Source: Gnetum montanum (taxonomy: Eukaryota > Plantae > Gnetophyta). From it: a DNA stretch of 64,000 bases. Of this stretch, positions 53,901 through 64,000 are shown piece by piece. The translations under genes and the position numbers were made by a program. Numbering within the stretch: position 1 is the stretch's first letter; every line of letters begins with the position of its first letter. The stretch is from assembly GCA_015680685.1 (NCBI GenBank), contig MNCI01001641.1:70843-134842 (forward strand). Reading direction: 5' to 3'. A model generated the notes under the pieces. The model saw only the letters and a program-made list of their open reading frames with translations. It was not told the origin of the DNA and searched no databases.

Positions 53901-54517
53901 GGCCCTTGGTATTTGAGGTTAAAACTATTTCAATGCCTAGGATATTTTTATTTCTATTCTAGCAATCAAATTTTTTAGGTCCAACAGTGCTCAATTTGAT
54001 AGGATAAGAAATATATGGAATCCATGAATTAATCCTCATGACTGCTAAAAAAGTGAGGTAACAAACCTCACTTAATGTTTCTATAATTCTTCCAATGAAG
54101 AGGAAATATATCAAGGAATATGATAAGACTAGTTTTAAACTATGATTTTATCAATTGTTACTTCTAACTATGATATTATGTAGGTATAACTTCTAGTAGG
54201 TGTACTAGGATTCAATAAGTAATTTTTTAATATGTTCAAGGGGGAATTTGATGGACTCTGATTAATGAGGAATGTTCAACATCAATTTGACTTCATTCCT
54301 AGTACTACCATTCCAAATAATAGGGCATGCTAGAAGGCACCAAATCATAGGACTGAATTACAAAGGTAAGTAGAGAAGCTACTTGCAAATTGCTTCATAA
54401 TGAAGTTAACATCTTCTTATGTAGTACCAACAATGCTTGTGAAAAATAAGGATAGTGATGAATGAAGGGTATGCATTAATTCAATGGTTGTGAATAGGAA
54501 AATAATGAGATATAGGT
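50969..54517 (+). pseudogene. Decayed gag-protease-RT(N) of E, interrupted by a solo LTR
   Basis: VVTKLGLMTYPHSRPYKVHW..KCDVLPIAYTNFMLTKP|QFDR (CRM-type protease); QHQFDFIPSTTIPN..ELQR*VEKLLANCFI..SSYVVPTMLVKNK. Confidence 0.8.
52562..53986 (+). mobile_element. Solo LTR (Tat-like) in the protease region of E
   Basis: TGTAACCTTCAT...ggtccaaCA; U5 motif aagtccctaggtgatcga; TATA gcctataaaaacc near 53295. Junctions irregular. Confidence 0.72.
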
Positions 54518-55715
54518 TGTTTACCTTTCGGTATGTCAAAACCTTAAGAAAAATGGAGAACATAAAATGTTGTGAAATGTGATGCTTTTGTAGGGCATGA
54601 AGGAGAGCTCAAAGAATAACATCTACAAAGAGATCTTAAAGTGAAGACTACAAGGACTCAAGGGAGCATGGATGAGTACGAAGATGTCTAAGTGGAGACT
54701 ACATAAACTCATGGAAGCGTGGACAAGTAAGAAGACTACAAGCTAAAAGAAGATGCTCCAATAATAGAGAGGAAGCTTTGAGAATCAAAGGTTAAAAGCT
54801 GAGAAGATGTCTCCTAGAAGTAGAAGATGTCTTAGCTAAAGTGAAGTTGACTCAGAGAAGATGTCTCCCAAAAACAAAAGATGTCTACTTTTAAGAGAAG
54901 ATGTCTCCGCAAAGATGTCCCATATTCAATAGAGATGTCTTCCTAGAATTGAAGTTTGTTTTAGAGAGACATTGCAATATCAAAGGAGATGTTTTCACTA
55001 GCCATTAGATAGTCATTGTACAAATTTTGAGGTGATTTCAAAAACTCTAATACTATAAGAGGACTTCAATCTCTTCAATATTGTGCAAGTGTTATGCATG
55101 TATTATCACTATTAAAGCAATCATTGTATATTATACTTGTGTACTTCATTTGTAAAATCATTTGCTTAATTAATTTTTGAGTTATTCTTTGAAGTATAAG
55201 GATCTTTATGTTGAGTTACATTCTTTCCTTGTGTTTTCTTTTTCTCTCTTGTTGTCCTACTAGGGTTGATGTTCTTCTTGCAAGAAGGCATTATAATTGA
55301 GCTTGTTCGGATCCTACTATATTGAGTGTTTGTGGAGTGTCAAAATACTCTGAATTGGAGCTCTATTTGTAAAGGTTGTGTGATTCTTGAAACCATTTTC
55401 TGAGCTTATTGGGACCTTGCAGGGTTAACTGGTTTTATGACAATGGAACACTCTAGAGTAGAGGTTAGAGCTAGTATAGGGCATGGTACCCTTCAAACCA
55501 CATTTTACAAAAACAAAGTTCGAAGGTGTGGAAGGAATCTACCTTCCAAGTGTGGAGTATCCAAGTTGGGGAACCACATTAAAATTAAGATTGGTTTTTA
55601 TGGTTTTTTTAATTTTTTTTTGAAAAACATATTATCCCCCCTTCTAAGTTTTCGATCCTTAAGTGGTATCGGAGCTTAGTACTCTTTCATTCAACATCAA
55701 TCCAAATAGTGAACT

Positions 55716-57450
55716 ATGGAGAAGACATCTTACAAAAATCCACCAATGTTCAATGGGTTCAACTTCATCTATTAGAAGGAAAGGTTGAAAGGGTTCTTTG
55801 AGCCTATGGAGTTTGAAGTATGGAAGTCCAACCTCGAAGGCTACACATGACCCATCAACAATGTAACAAAGTCCTTCAAGTTCTAGAGCAAGTGGATGTA
55901 AGAAGAAAGAGACAAGGTCATGCATGAGCCTAAGGCTAAAAATTATTTATATTATTCTTTGAATAAATCTAAATTTAATAGAGCAGATAAATGTAAAATG
56001 GCCAAAGAAATTTAGGAAACTTTAGAGGCTACCTATGAGGGAACTTCAATAGTTAAGGAATCTAAGCTCTTAGTTTTGCAAAGTGAGTATGATAAGCTTA
56101 AAATGAGATAAGGTGAGAAAAAAAAGATTATTTTTCTAGAACAAATGATCTTGTTCTAGCTATTAGAGATACTAGTAAATATTTACGTAAAAGTAATGTC
56201 ATAATAAAAATGATTAGAACTCTCCAACAAGAGTAAAGATTGAAGGTTACTTCCATGGAGGAAATTAGATATTTCTAAATTCTAAAATTCAAAGAGCTTC
56301 AAAGTGCTCTTACTTCTTATAAAATGAACCTCATAAGCAAAGGAGAAATTAAAGAAAAATCCATTGCTCTAAAATCCACCTCTAAGGAAAAGGAACCTAA
56401 TGAGCAAGATGAGGGTAGTAAAGAAGAAATAGCTCTTTTCTCGAGAAGGCTATAGAGATTTATAGAAAAAAGGTCTAAGAGCTTAAATCAGTAAAGACCC
56501 AATCAATTCAAAGATAAGGAAAGAGGTAGAAATTTTTCAAGTTCTAGTTTTGATTCTTCTTCTATAGAATGTTGGATTTGTTGTGGAAGAGGCCATGTAG
56601 CCTACGAATGTCCTAGTAATGGCAGGTGGCAAAAGAGGGACAAGAATGATATAGAACCAGAAAAGACCAACTTCTACACAAGTTGGGATGATGGAGATCA
56701 AAGTGAAGAAGAGGTGGATGATACCAAAAAAGATTCATATCTCATTTGCATGGCTCTCATAGATGATGAGATTGGTAGCTCAAATGATGAATTTGAAAAT
56801 GAAGAACAAAGATATGAAATTTTGCATAATGAACTCTTATCTTTTTAAAATCTTTGCACAAAGTTGAGTAAACAAGTAAAAATTAAGGGTCAAGACATTC
56901 ATTTGTTAAATTCAAATATTTTATACCTCACAAAAGAAATCTTAGACCATAGGGCTTAGGATAAGGAGCTCACCAAGTCTTGTGAGCATATGAAAGAAGA
57001 GCTTGCAAATGTAAAACTTGTGAATGAAAGGCTAGTTAAAGGGAAAGATTCCCTTTGGATGGTCTTAGGAAAAGGAAGAGGTCCATATCATAAGATTGGT
57101 CTATGATGTTGTACATAAGATGAATCATCTACACCAACTCCATCTCAACCAAAGGTTACTCCAAAGAATGAAGAATCAATAGGTACTACATCTCAATCAA
57201 GAGCAACTCCAAGGTATGATCACTTTAACTACTATAGGAAGGTGAGATGTTATTATTGTCATAAATTTGTACATAAGTAATGGAAGTATAATTTAAAGTT
57301 TTATCATATAAATATCTAGTCATACCATAAGAATTCTTGGTCTTATCAATATACACCAAGAAAAAAACACTATGTGGGACCCTAGGAAGAATTGGAAAAT
57401 TTAAAAGGATAAGGGGATTAAGAAAGAATGGAGAGTCAAAAGGAAGGAAT
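55716..57450 (+). pseudogene. gag: Decayed copia gag of H
   Basis: NPPMFNGFNF..AKEI*ETLEATYEGTSIVKESKL..EYDKLKM; Zn knuckle CWICCGRGHVAYECP; coiled-coil extension and a second knuckle, as in SIRE gag. Confidence 0.88.
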
Positions 57451-57985
57451 AAGAAAATGAGGAGAATCTCTCCAAAAAATTCATGAAAGGGAGAAAATTC
57501 TTGAAAATTAAAGAAGTTTGTGTAAGAAGAGAAACCTCAAAGAGGAATCTCATTCTCTAGCATTCTAGGCACCTTCATTCTCCTCGATAAGAAACATAAC
57601 TAAAGGTAAGTCTTTAATTCATTTCATATATATTTTAAGACATTCCTAAAACCCATTTGGTTAAGCCTTTTTCAAAGGAAAAATTTTCCTGAAGACATCT
57701 TCTAGGAGACATCTTCTCCCAAAATGAGATGTCTACTCCTAAAATGAGACATCTTCCTGTCATTACCTTTAGTGCAGCAAAGACCTCTACTATGAAAAGG
57801 AGACATCTACATGTTTTTAAATGTGGACAAGAAATCTATCTTTCAAAGAATATGTCTTCTTTCTCATTAAAAAGCCATTTTTTATGCAATTATAAAAAAT
57901 CCAAACTCTCTTTTCATTCATTTTCATCAAAGATGACCATGAGGAGACAACTAGGGGACCACCAACAATAGCGATTTGAGTAGCT

Positions 57986-59059
57986 ATGGCCCACAAGAAG
58001 GTTCGAACAACAAAAGTGCCAACAAAGAAGAGGTCAAGGGGAGGATCCACTAGCAATCCATGTACATACACACCCTAGCTCAAATATACTAATGTCCAAC
58101 ACTGGTTTAAGGTAACTCATATCATCGATATTATTTTTGAGCATTATTTGTCCTTTCCTCTACATAGGCAACCAGCTTTGATGAGTTATTTTCAAGTTTT
58201 GAAAAAGGCTACCTTCATTACCATGAAATTATTTATTCTAGAAGTACTTCTTAGAGAGTTTTATTATAATATTATGATTACCAATGTTGTTGTTGGACCA
58301 TTTATCCTTATGGTTGGAGCTTTAGTGATTGATGTGTCTCCCCAAGTAGTAAATGCACTACTTGGAATTCCTAGCACTAATCTTTAGGTTACCGTTCATT
58401 CTATGAATGGTATCTTTTTGAATGGTAAAATTCCCACTACACATGATGAGTTCTATGATGCCTTGTTTGGAGAGTTTGTGTCTTTTGATAAAGGTAGAAT
58501 TTATAAGAATAGGGTGTCTCCAAATACTTCCACCTTATCCCTTATTATTTTTTATAACATTACCATAAAAGAGAAAACCTATTACTATCTATTTCTAGCC
58601 CAAGATTTTTTTCTCTACTACCTACTTACAAGACAATCACTGGACTTGGGCCATACTCTCTACTATGACATGTTAACCATGTTCACCAAAGATAGGATCT
58701 TTGGGCATCCTCACCTCATCAGTCTTCTAGTTCATTAGACAAGTGTGCCCATTTCGAAGATGCCTTTGCTCAAAGACAAGAGGAGCCTTGGGGAGTATGC
58801 AAAAAAGAGGAGCTCCTCCCATGCAAACGAAGCAAGTCCAAGTACCAGGCCACCTCCATCATAGAAGAAGAGATCATCATCATCAACCAAGACCTCTCCT
58901 TAGTAGAGAAGGTCCAAATCTACTTATGGATAAATAAGATCTTCCCTGAAGAAGCTACTATAGCCAATTGCTCATGCTTTTGGGATAACTGACAGGAATC
59001 TCTCTTACTTGCATAAGAGAATGGATGTTGCTAGAGTACCTCTTCCATCTAATGTCTAG
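57986..59059 (+). pseudogene. Decayed env-like accessory ORF of H
   Basis: MAHKKVRTTK..LLREFYYNI..IDVSPQVVNALLGIP..LDLGHTLYYDML..FGHPHLISLL; plant-transposon-protein-like pattern. Confidence 0.75.
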
Positions 59060-60386
59060 TAGTTTAAGAAGATCACCACTCCTTTCATATAAAATATTGA
59101 GAAGGACCTTTCTGATTTACCAAGACATTCTATAGGTTCTAGACCCTCTCATTTCTATGACTTGGGAAATGAGTTTGAGAATTTATACTTCTTAATATTT
59201 TCTACTAATTATTTTCTATTATTTTATTGACCTACCCATTTTCTTAAGTTTTGGACATCTCCAAAAAGGAGGAGATTGTTGATATTTTAATGTGTTCCTA
59301 AAGAAAATTGAGAACATAGAATGTTGTGAAATGTGATGCTTTTATAGGGCATGAAGGAGAGCTCAAAGAATGACATCTACAAAGAGATCTCAAAGTGAAG
59401 ACTCTAAGGACTTAAGGGAACATGAATGAATATGAAGATGTCTAAGTGGATACTACAAGGACTCAAGGGAGCATGGATAAGTAAGAGGAATATAAGCTAA
59501 AAGAAGATGCTCTAGTAATTGAGAGGAAGCTTCAGGAATTAAAGCTCAAAAGCTAAGAAAACATCTCCCAGAAGAAGAAGACATTTTGGCCAAAGTGAGG
59601 TTGACTTGGAAAAGACATCTTCATAAAGATGTCTCCATAGAGATGTCCCACTTTTAGTAGATATGTCTCCCCATAATTAAAGTGTATTTCAAAGAGACAT
59701 CCCAATCTCGAAGGAGACATCTTCACTAAGCATTATATAGCTATTGCATGGAATCTAATGTGATTTTGGAAACTTTGAGGCTATAAGAAGATAGCATTCT
59801 CTTGGGTATTATGCAAGTGTTATGCATGAATTATCACTATCAAATTAATCATTGTATATTGTAGTTCTGTACTTCATTTATAAAATCCTTTGCTTAATTG
59901 ATTGTTGAGTTGTGCTTCAAATTACAAGGATCTATAAATTAAGTTACATTATTTCCTTCTATTTTTTTCTTCTCTCTTGTTACCCTACTATAGTTGATGT
60001 GCTTCTTGTAAGAAGGCATCATAATTGAGCTTGTCGAGATCCTGTGGGATTGAGTGTTTGTGCCATGTCAAAACACTTTGGAGTGGAGCTTAATCTGTAT
60101 AAATTGTGGGATCCTTGAAACCACTTTCTAAGCTTTTTAATATCTTAGGAGATTAAGTGGTTTCATGGTGAAAAAACACTTTCAAGAAAAGTTGTATAGG
60201 GCATGGTCTCCTTCAAACCACATTTCAAATAAATAAAGTCCAGAGGTGTACAAGGAATCTACCCTTCAATTTTGGATTACCCAAGTTGGGAAACCACATT
60301 AAATTTGAGTGTGCTTCTTTTGGCTATTTAATTTTGGTTTGAGTAGCTTATTCATCGTCCCTTCTGAGTTCTCAATCATCATAGGT

Positions 60387-61456
60387 TTCTTATTCCAAGG
60401 ATGGATGATATCCTTGTTTTTCTTATCAATGCATAGATTTTTTTAAAAAAATGATTTGAAACGTACTATCAAACTTGGATCAAGGATAGGAATGAATAAA
60501 AAAATACTTTCAAGATATCAAATAAACTTTTTGAATGACTGGTGATGCCATTTGAAATGATAATTGCTCCTACTACATTCATGAGGTTGATACATAGTGT
60601 TCTCAAGAAATTAATTAGTAAGTATTGTATTATCTTATTTAATGATATTTTAGAAAATAATTCTAATGAGGATAAGCACTTGGAACATTTGAGAAATGTA
60701 TATCTCAGATTAAAGGAGGCACATTTGCTTGTTAACATGAAGAAGAATCATTTCTTGAAAAGGGACATTCCATAATTGGGACATGTAATTTCTAAAAATC
60801 AAATTCAAATGAAAGCTATCAAGGTGAATTCTATTAGAGATTAGTTGAATCCTAGAAATGTTGGAGAGGTAAGATCATTTCTTGGTTTAGTAGATTTTTA
60901 TAGAAGATTCATCAAAAACTTTAGTGGTATTTCTTGGCCTACGTTGGCTTTGCTTAAGAAGAATCAAGATTTCAAGTGGGATGATAAAACCCAAAGGAGC
61001 TTTGACTTATTAAAAGCAAAAATAACAAGTGAACTAGTGCTTGCAATATCAAATTTTTAAAAGCTTTTTTAAGTGCAGGTGAATGAAATTGGACTTGCCA
61101 TTTGAGGGATGCTTTCACAAGAAGGAATATCTATTACCTTCTTTTCTAAAAAATTAAATGATTCAAGAAAAAAATACAGTTTTTATGAGAAGGAATTATG
61201 CACAATCCCTTAAGCAATCAAGCATTTGAGGCATTATCTATTTTCAAAGGAATTCACTTTGATGACTAACCATAAAGCACTTCAATTTTTCAATTTTGAA
61301 AAGAAGTTAAATGTGAAACATATTAAGTGGATGGCATAATTATTGAAGTTTATTTTTTTTTCTCAAGCGTAAGAGTGAAAAAGCCAATGTGGTGGTTGAT
61401 GCTTTATTGAGGGTGCATGTGATGAATTTTATCTTTCCTCATGTGGAAGGTATAAA
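60387..61456 (+). pseudogene. pol: Decayed RT-RNase H of E
   Basis: MPFEMIIAPTTFMRL..LFNDIL (YFDD decayed)..HLEHLRNV; EVRSFLGLVDFYRRFIKNFS; ANVVVDALLR..VEGI up to the junction. Confidence 0.9.
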
Positions 61457-61460
61457 CTAG

Positions 61461-61970
61461 CTTAGTTATATATTTATAATATACATCTATAAATTGGCTG
61501 AGAGAATCTTATTAGTTTACAAGTAAAAAGTTCTTTGAGTAAAAAATTTCACAACTTCTGGACAAAGAACAAGATTTAAAAACCCAAATTTTCATGCCTT
61601 CTGGACGAAGAATAAGAGTTCTATACCTTATTTTTCCTAAGGATGGGTTTTCTGAAAAAATAATTCCATGAATTAGTGTATGCTCTCACCCTTGGCCAAA
61701 TTTGTTGAGATTGTTGAGAGTGAGAGCATAAATTCGGCTAAGAGTGAGGGCATACACTAATTCATGGGATTTTTTTTAGAAAACCCATCCTTAGGAAATA
61801 TAAGGTACAGAACTCTTGTTCTTCATCCAGAAGGCATGAAAATTTGGGTTTTTAAATCTTGTTCTTTGTCCAGAAGTTGTGAAATTTTTTACTCAAAGAA
61901 CTTTTTACTTGTAAACTAATAAGATTCTCTCGGCCAATTTATAGATATATATTATAAATATATAACTAAG
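61461..61970. repeat. Long inverted repeat (arms ~240 bp, loop ~26 bp)
   Basis: 61461-61703 is the reverse complement of 61730-61970 with few mismatches (cttagttatata.. / ..tatataactaag). The right arm runs into the gap. Confidence 0.95.
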
Positions 61971-62557
61971 NNNNNNNNNNNNNNNNNNNNNNNNNNNNNN
62001 NNNNNNNNNNNNNNNNNNNNNNNNNNNNNNNNNNNNNNNNNNNNNNNNNNNNNNNNNNNNNNNNNNNNNNNNNNNNNNNNNNNNNNNNNNNNNNNNNNNN
62101 NNNNNNNNNNNNNNNNNNNNNNNNNNNNNNNNNNNNNNNNNNNNNNNNNNNNNNNNNNNNNNNNNNNNNNNNNNNNNNNNNNNNNNNNNNNNNNNNNNNN
62201 NNNNNNNNNNNNNNNNNNNNNNNNNNNNNNNNNNNNNNNNNNNNNNNNNNNNNNNNNNNNNNNNNNNNNNNNNNNNNNNNNNNNNNNNNNNNNNNNNNNN
62301 NNNNNNNNNNNNNNNNNNNNNNNNNNNNNNNNNNNNNNNNNNNNNNNNNNNNNNNNNNNNNNNNNNNNNNNNNNNNNNNNNNNNNNNNNNNNNNNNNNNN
62401 NNNNNNNNNNNNNNNNNNNNNNNNNNNNNNNNNNNNNNNNNNNNNNNNNNNNNNNNNNNNNNNNNNNNNNNNNNNNNNNNNNNNNNNNNNNNNNNNNNNN
62501 NNNNNNNNNNNNNNNNNNNNNNNNNNNNNNNNNNNNNNNNNNNNNNNNNNNNNNNNN
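61971..62557. other. Assembly gap
   Basis: Run of N. Confidence 1.
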
Positions 62558-64000
62558 ACAAATGAACACTACTCGGTCCAATTCTCCTTCTGAATCATCC
62601 CAAAATTTCACACCATTTTTCCTTCTATCTACTATGCACTGTGCAACTAGCTTCTACATTTTGAGCAATATTTTTTCATTATGCATATGCACTTTATCCT
62701 TTATATCAAACAAATGCATAGAATCCTCAAATCCATCTCACCCATTCGATGTTGATGGAAGTTGCATTCTTAGGCTTAAAATGTCATAATCCTCATCACT
62801 CATCTTTCTTTCTCGTATATTCATCAAAACTTCTCTAAATCTTTGTTGTTGCAAATCATCACCCCTTTGTTGATATACAGCATCCAAGGTTACAAATTTA
62901 TTGAATGCCAACCATAAATTCTTTACATGCATCTGAGATGATATGTACGGTATAACATCTTTAATAGGTGGAAGCTGTGCAAGATCTCCAATGAGTATCA
63001 TAGATCTACCACCAAAGTTATCTAAACGATTATCTGGAAATATTTCCTTAAGCGTTCGATCAATGCTGCTAAGCAATTTGCCACCTCTGAAACTCATTTC
63101 ATCTATAATAATATACTTTAAGTATTTGTATTTATTTTGCAACAATGAAAAATTTGATGCAGCCAATGGTTTGTAATCTCCGATTCCAATCTTCAATGTA
63201 GAATGTACTGTAGTTGCATTAATATTATACGCTACAGCACCAGTAGGGGCGAGCACCAATAAGCTATTCTTTCCGAATGAGCAAGTTAGACTAAATTCTT
63301 TACGAATTGTATCAATGAGATGCGATTTTCTTGTGCCTGTTGTACCTTGAATAATCATCAATAGAGGAGAAACTTCATCCATTTCAAATTGTTGCATATA
63401 TAGATGGCTAGTGATAATCTTGTACCATTTCTTCTATTGAACTCCTATAGAAGATATGTCCACCTGATTGTCATTATTTCTTGAATGTGTTATTATCCCA
63501 TGTGATCTATGACCATGAACAAAAGATGTAGCAATCTTTGCAACATCTTCTCCCGGATAGTTGGCTGACCATTCATTCTATCTATCTCGATCTCTTAATC
63601 CAACCATTTCGAGTTCACTTCATTGAAAATGAGCTGATGTAAGTAGATGTCGATTTAGTACTTCAAAATCATATTCAACACCATCCTGTCTTTCCGAAAT
63701 AATATCTGTATACTGCCTCTCTTCCTCACAAGCATGTTCAAACTCTTCATCAAATGTCTCCTCTTCCAATTTATAGATGTGTAGAATAGAAATCCATTTT
63801 CATTCAATTTCTTCGTCATTTCTTCCCAAATCGTGTTTGACATCTCTAAAAGAATAGTGTAGTAATAGTTGCACCCAACAATAATCTATCCATTTCTCCT
63901 CTCCTACTCTTGGAGCTACTCTAAATTTTGGAAATGTTCTTACAACAACTGGTATTAGTCGAGGCTTCCACACTGGTAGCTCTCTCTTCTTTGAGATAAA
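62558..64000 (-). pseudogene. Pif1-family helicase part of a Helitron2/Helentron-type RepHel, with in-frame stops
   Basis: Single frame VVRTFPKF..DYCWVQLLLHYSFRD.. then IIQGTTGTRKSHLI (decayed Walker A), LAPTGAVAYNINATTVHS, YIIIDEMS, FGGRSMILIGDLAQLPP, LDAVYQQ. The Rep domain would lie beyond the window. Confidence 0.85.

Larger units (their letters stand above)
54518..60381 (+). mobile_element. Non-autonomous Sirevirus (Ty1/copia SIRE clade) H: gag plus env-like ORF, no pol
   Basis: LTRs 54518-55661 and 59277-60381. Exact TSD TAGGT. PBS tggtatcggagc at 55664. PPT ccaaaaaggaggagat|TG. C-rich U5 signal attatccccccttct. Removing it restores E RT MRYRFLIPRMDDIL. Confidence 0.92.
16957..61456 (+). 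mobile_element. Old CRM/chromovirus-like Ty3/gypsy element E, host of most insertions; 3' part not in window
   Basis: 5' LTR in three pieces (~16957-17178, 29237-29649, 50308-50900). PBS tgatatcaaagc (degenerate TGGTATCAGAGC, tRNA-iMet) at 50903. gag-PR-RT-RNaseH follow. Left LTR edge approximate. Confidence 0.7.

Noticed and set aside
62738-63397. Intact cellular PIF1 gene
   Set aside because: Walker A is mutated, there are in-frame stops on both sides, it is intronless, and the upstream region is RepHel-like.

Overview
Eukaryotic (land-plant) heterochromatin, strongly depleted in CG and CHG, with no intact host gene. Almost the whole window is a nest of decayed LTR retrotransposons that can be rebuilt from LTR pairs, PBS/PPT signals and target-site duplications (TSDs). 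An old Athila-like element (A0) carries a related element A1 (4275-16660, TSD GTCCT) and a CRM/chromovirus-like Ty3 element E (from ~16957). E carries Athila-like B (17179-29231, TSD CTAGC), Athila-like D (29650-50302; itself carrying Tat-like C 30439-40425, TSD CATAG, and a solo LTR), a further solo LTR, a pol-less Sirevirus H (54518-60381, TSD TAGGT), and a probable Helitron2/Helentron-type element at the right edge. Highlights: (1) a young LTR-type insertion X (13351-16509, TSD CTAAT) whose U3 holds a mosaic of captured host gene fragments, namely an NLR-type LRR, a TM9SF/EMP70 N-terminus and unidentified pieces; (2) accessory 'env-like' genes with their own TATA promoter built from the same family-specific motif as the LTR, plus a conserved 61-63 nt intron abutting the ATG; (3) element B, in which gag-PR is replaced by an antisense copy of its own accessory gene; (4) a ~510 bp foldback ending in CTAG next to the Pif1 helicase. 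All calls come from reading the sequence by eye; no searches were run.
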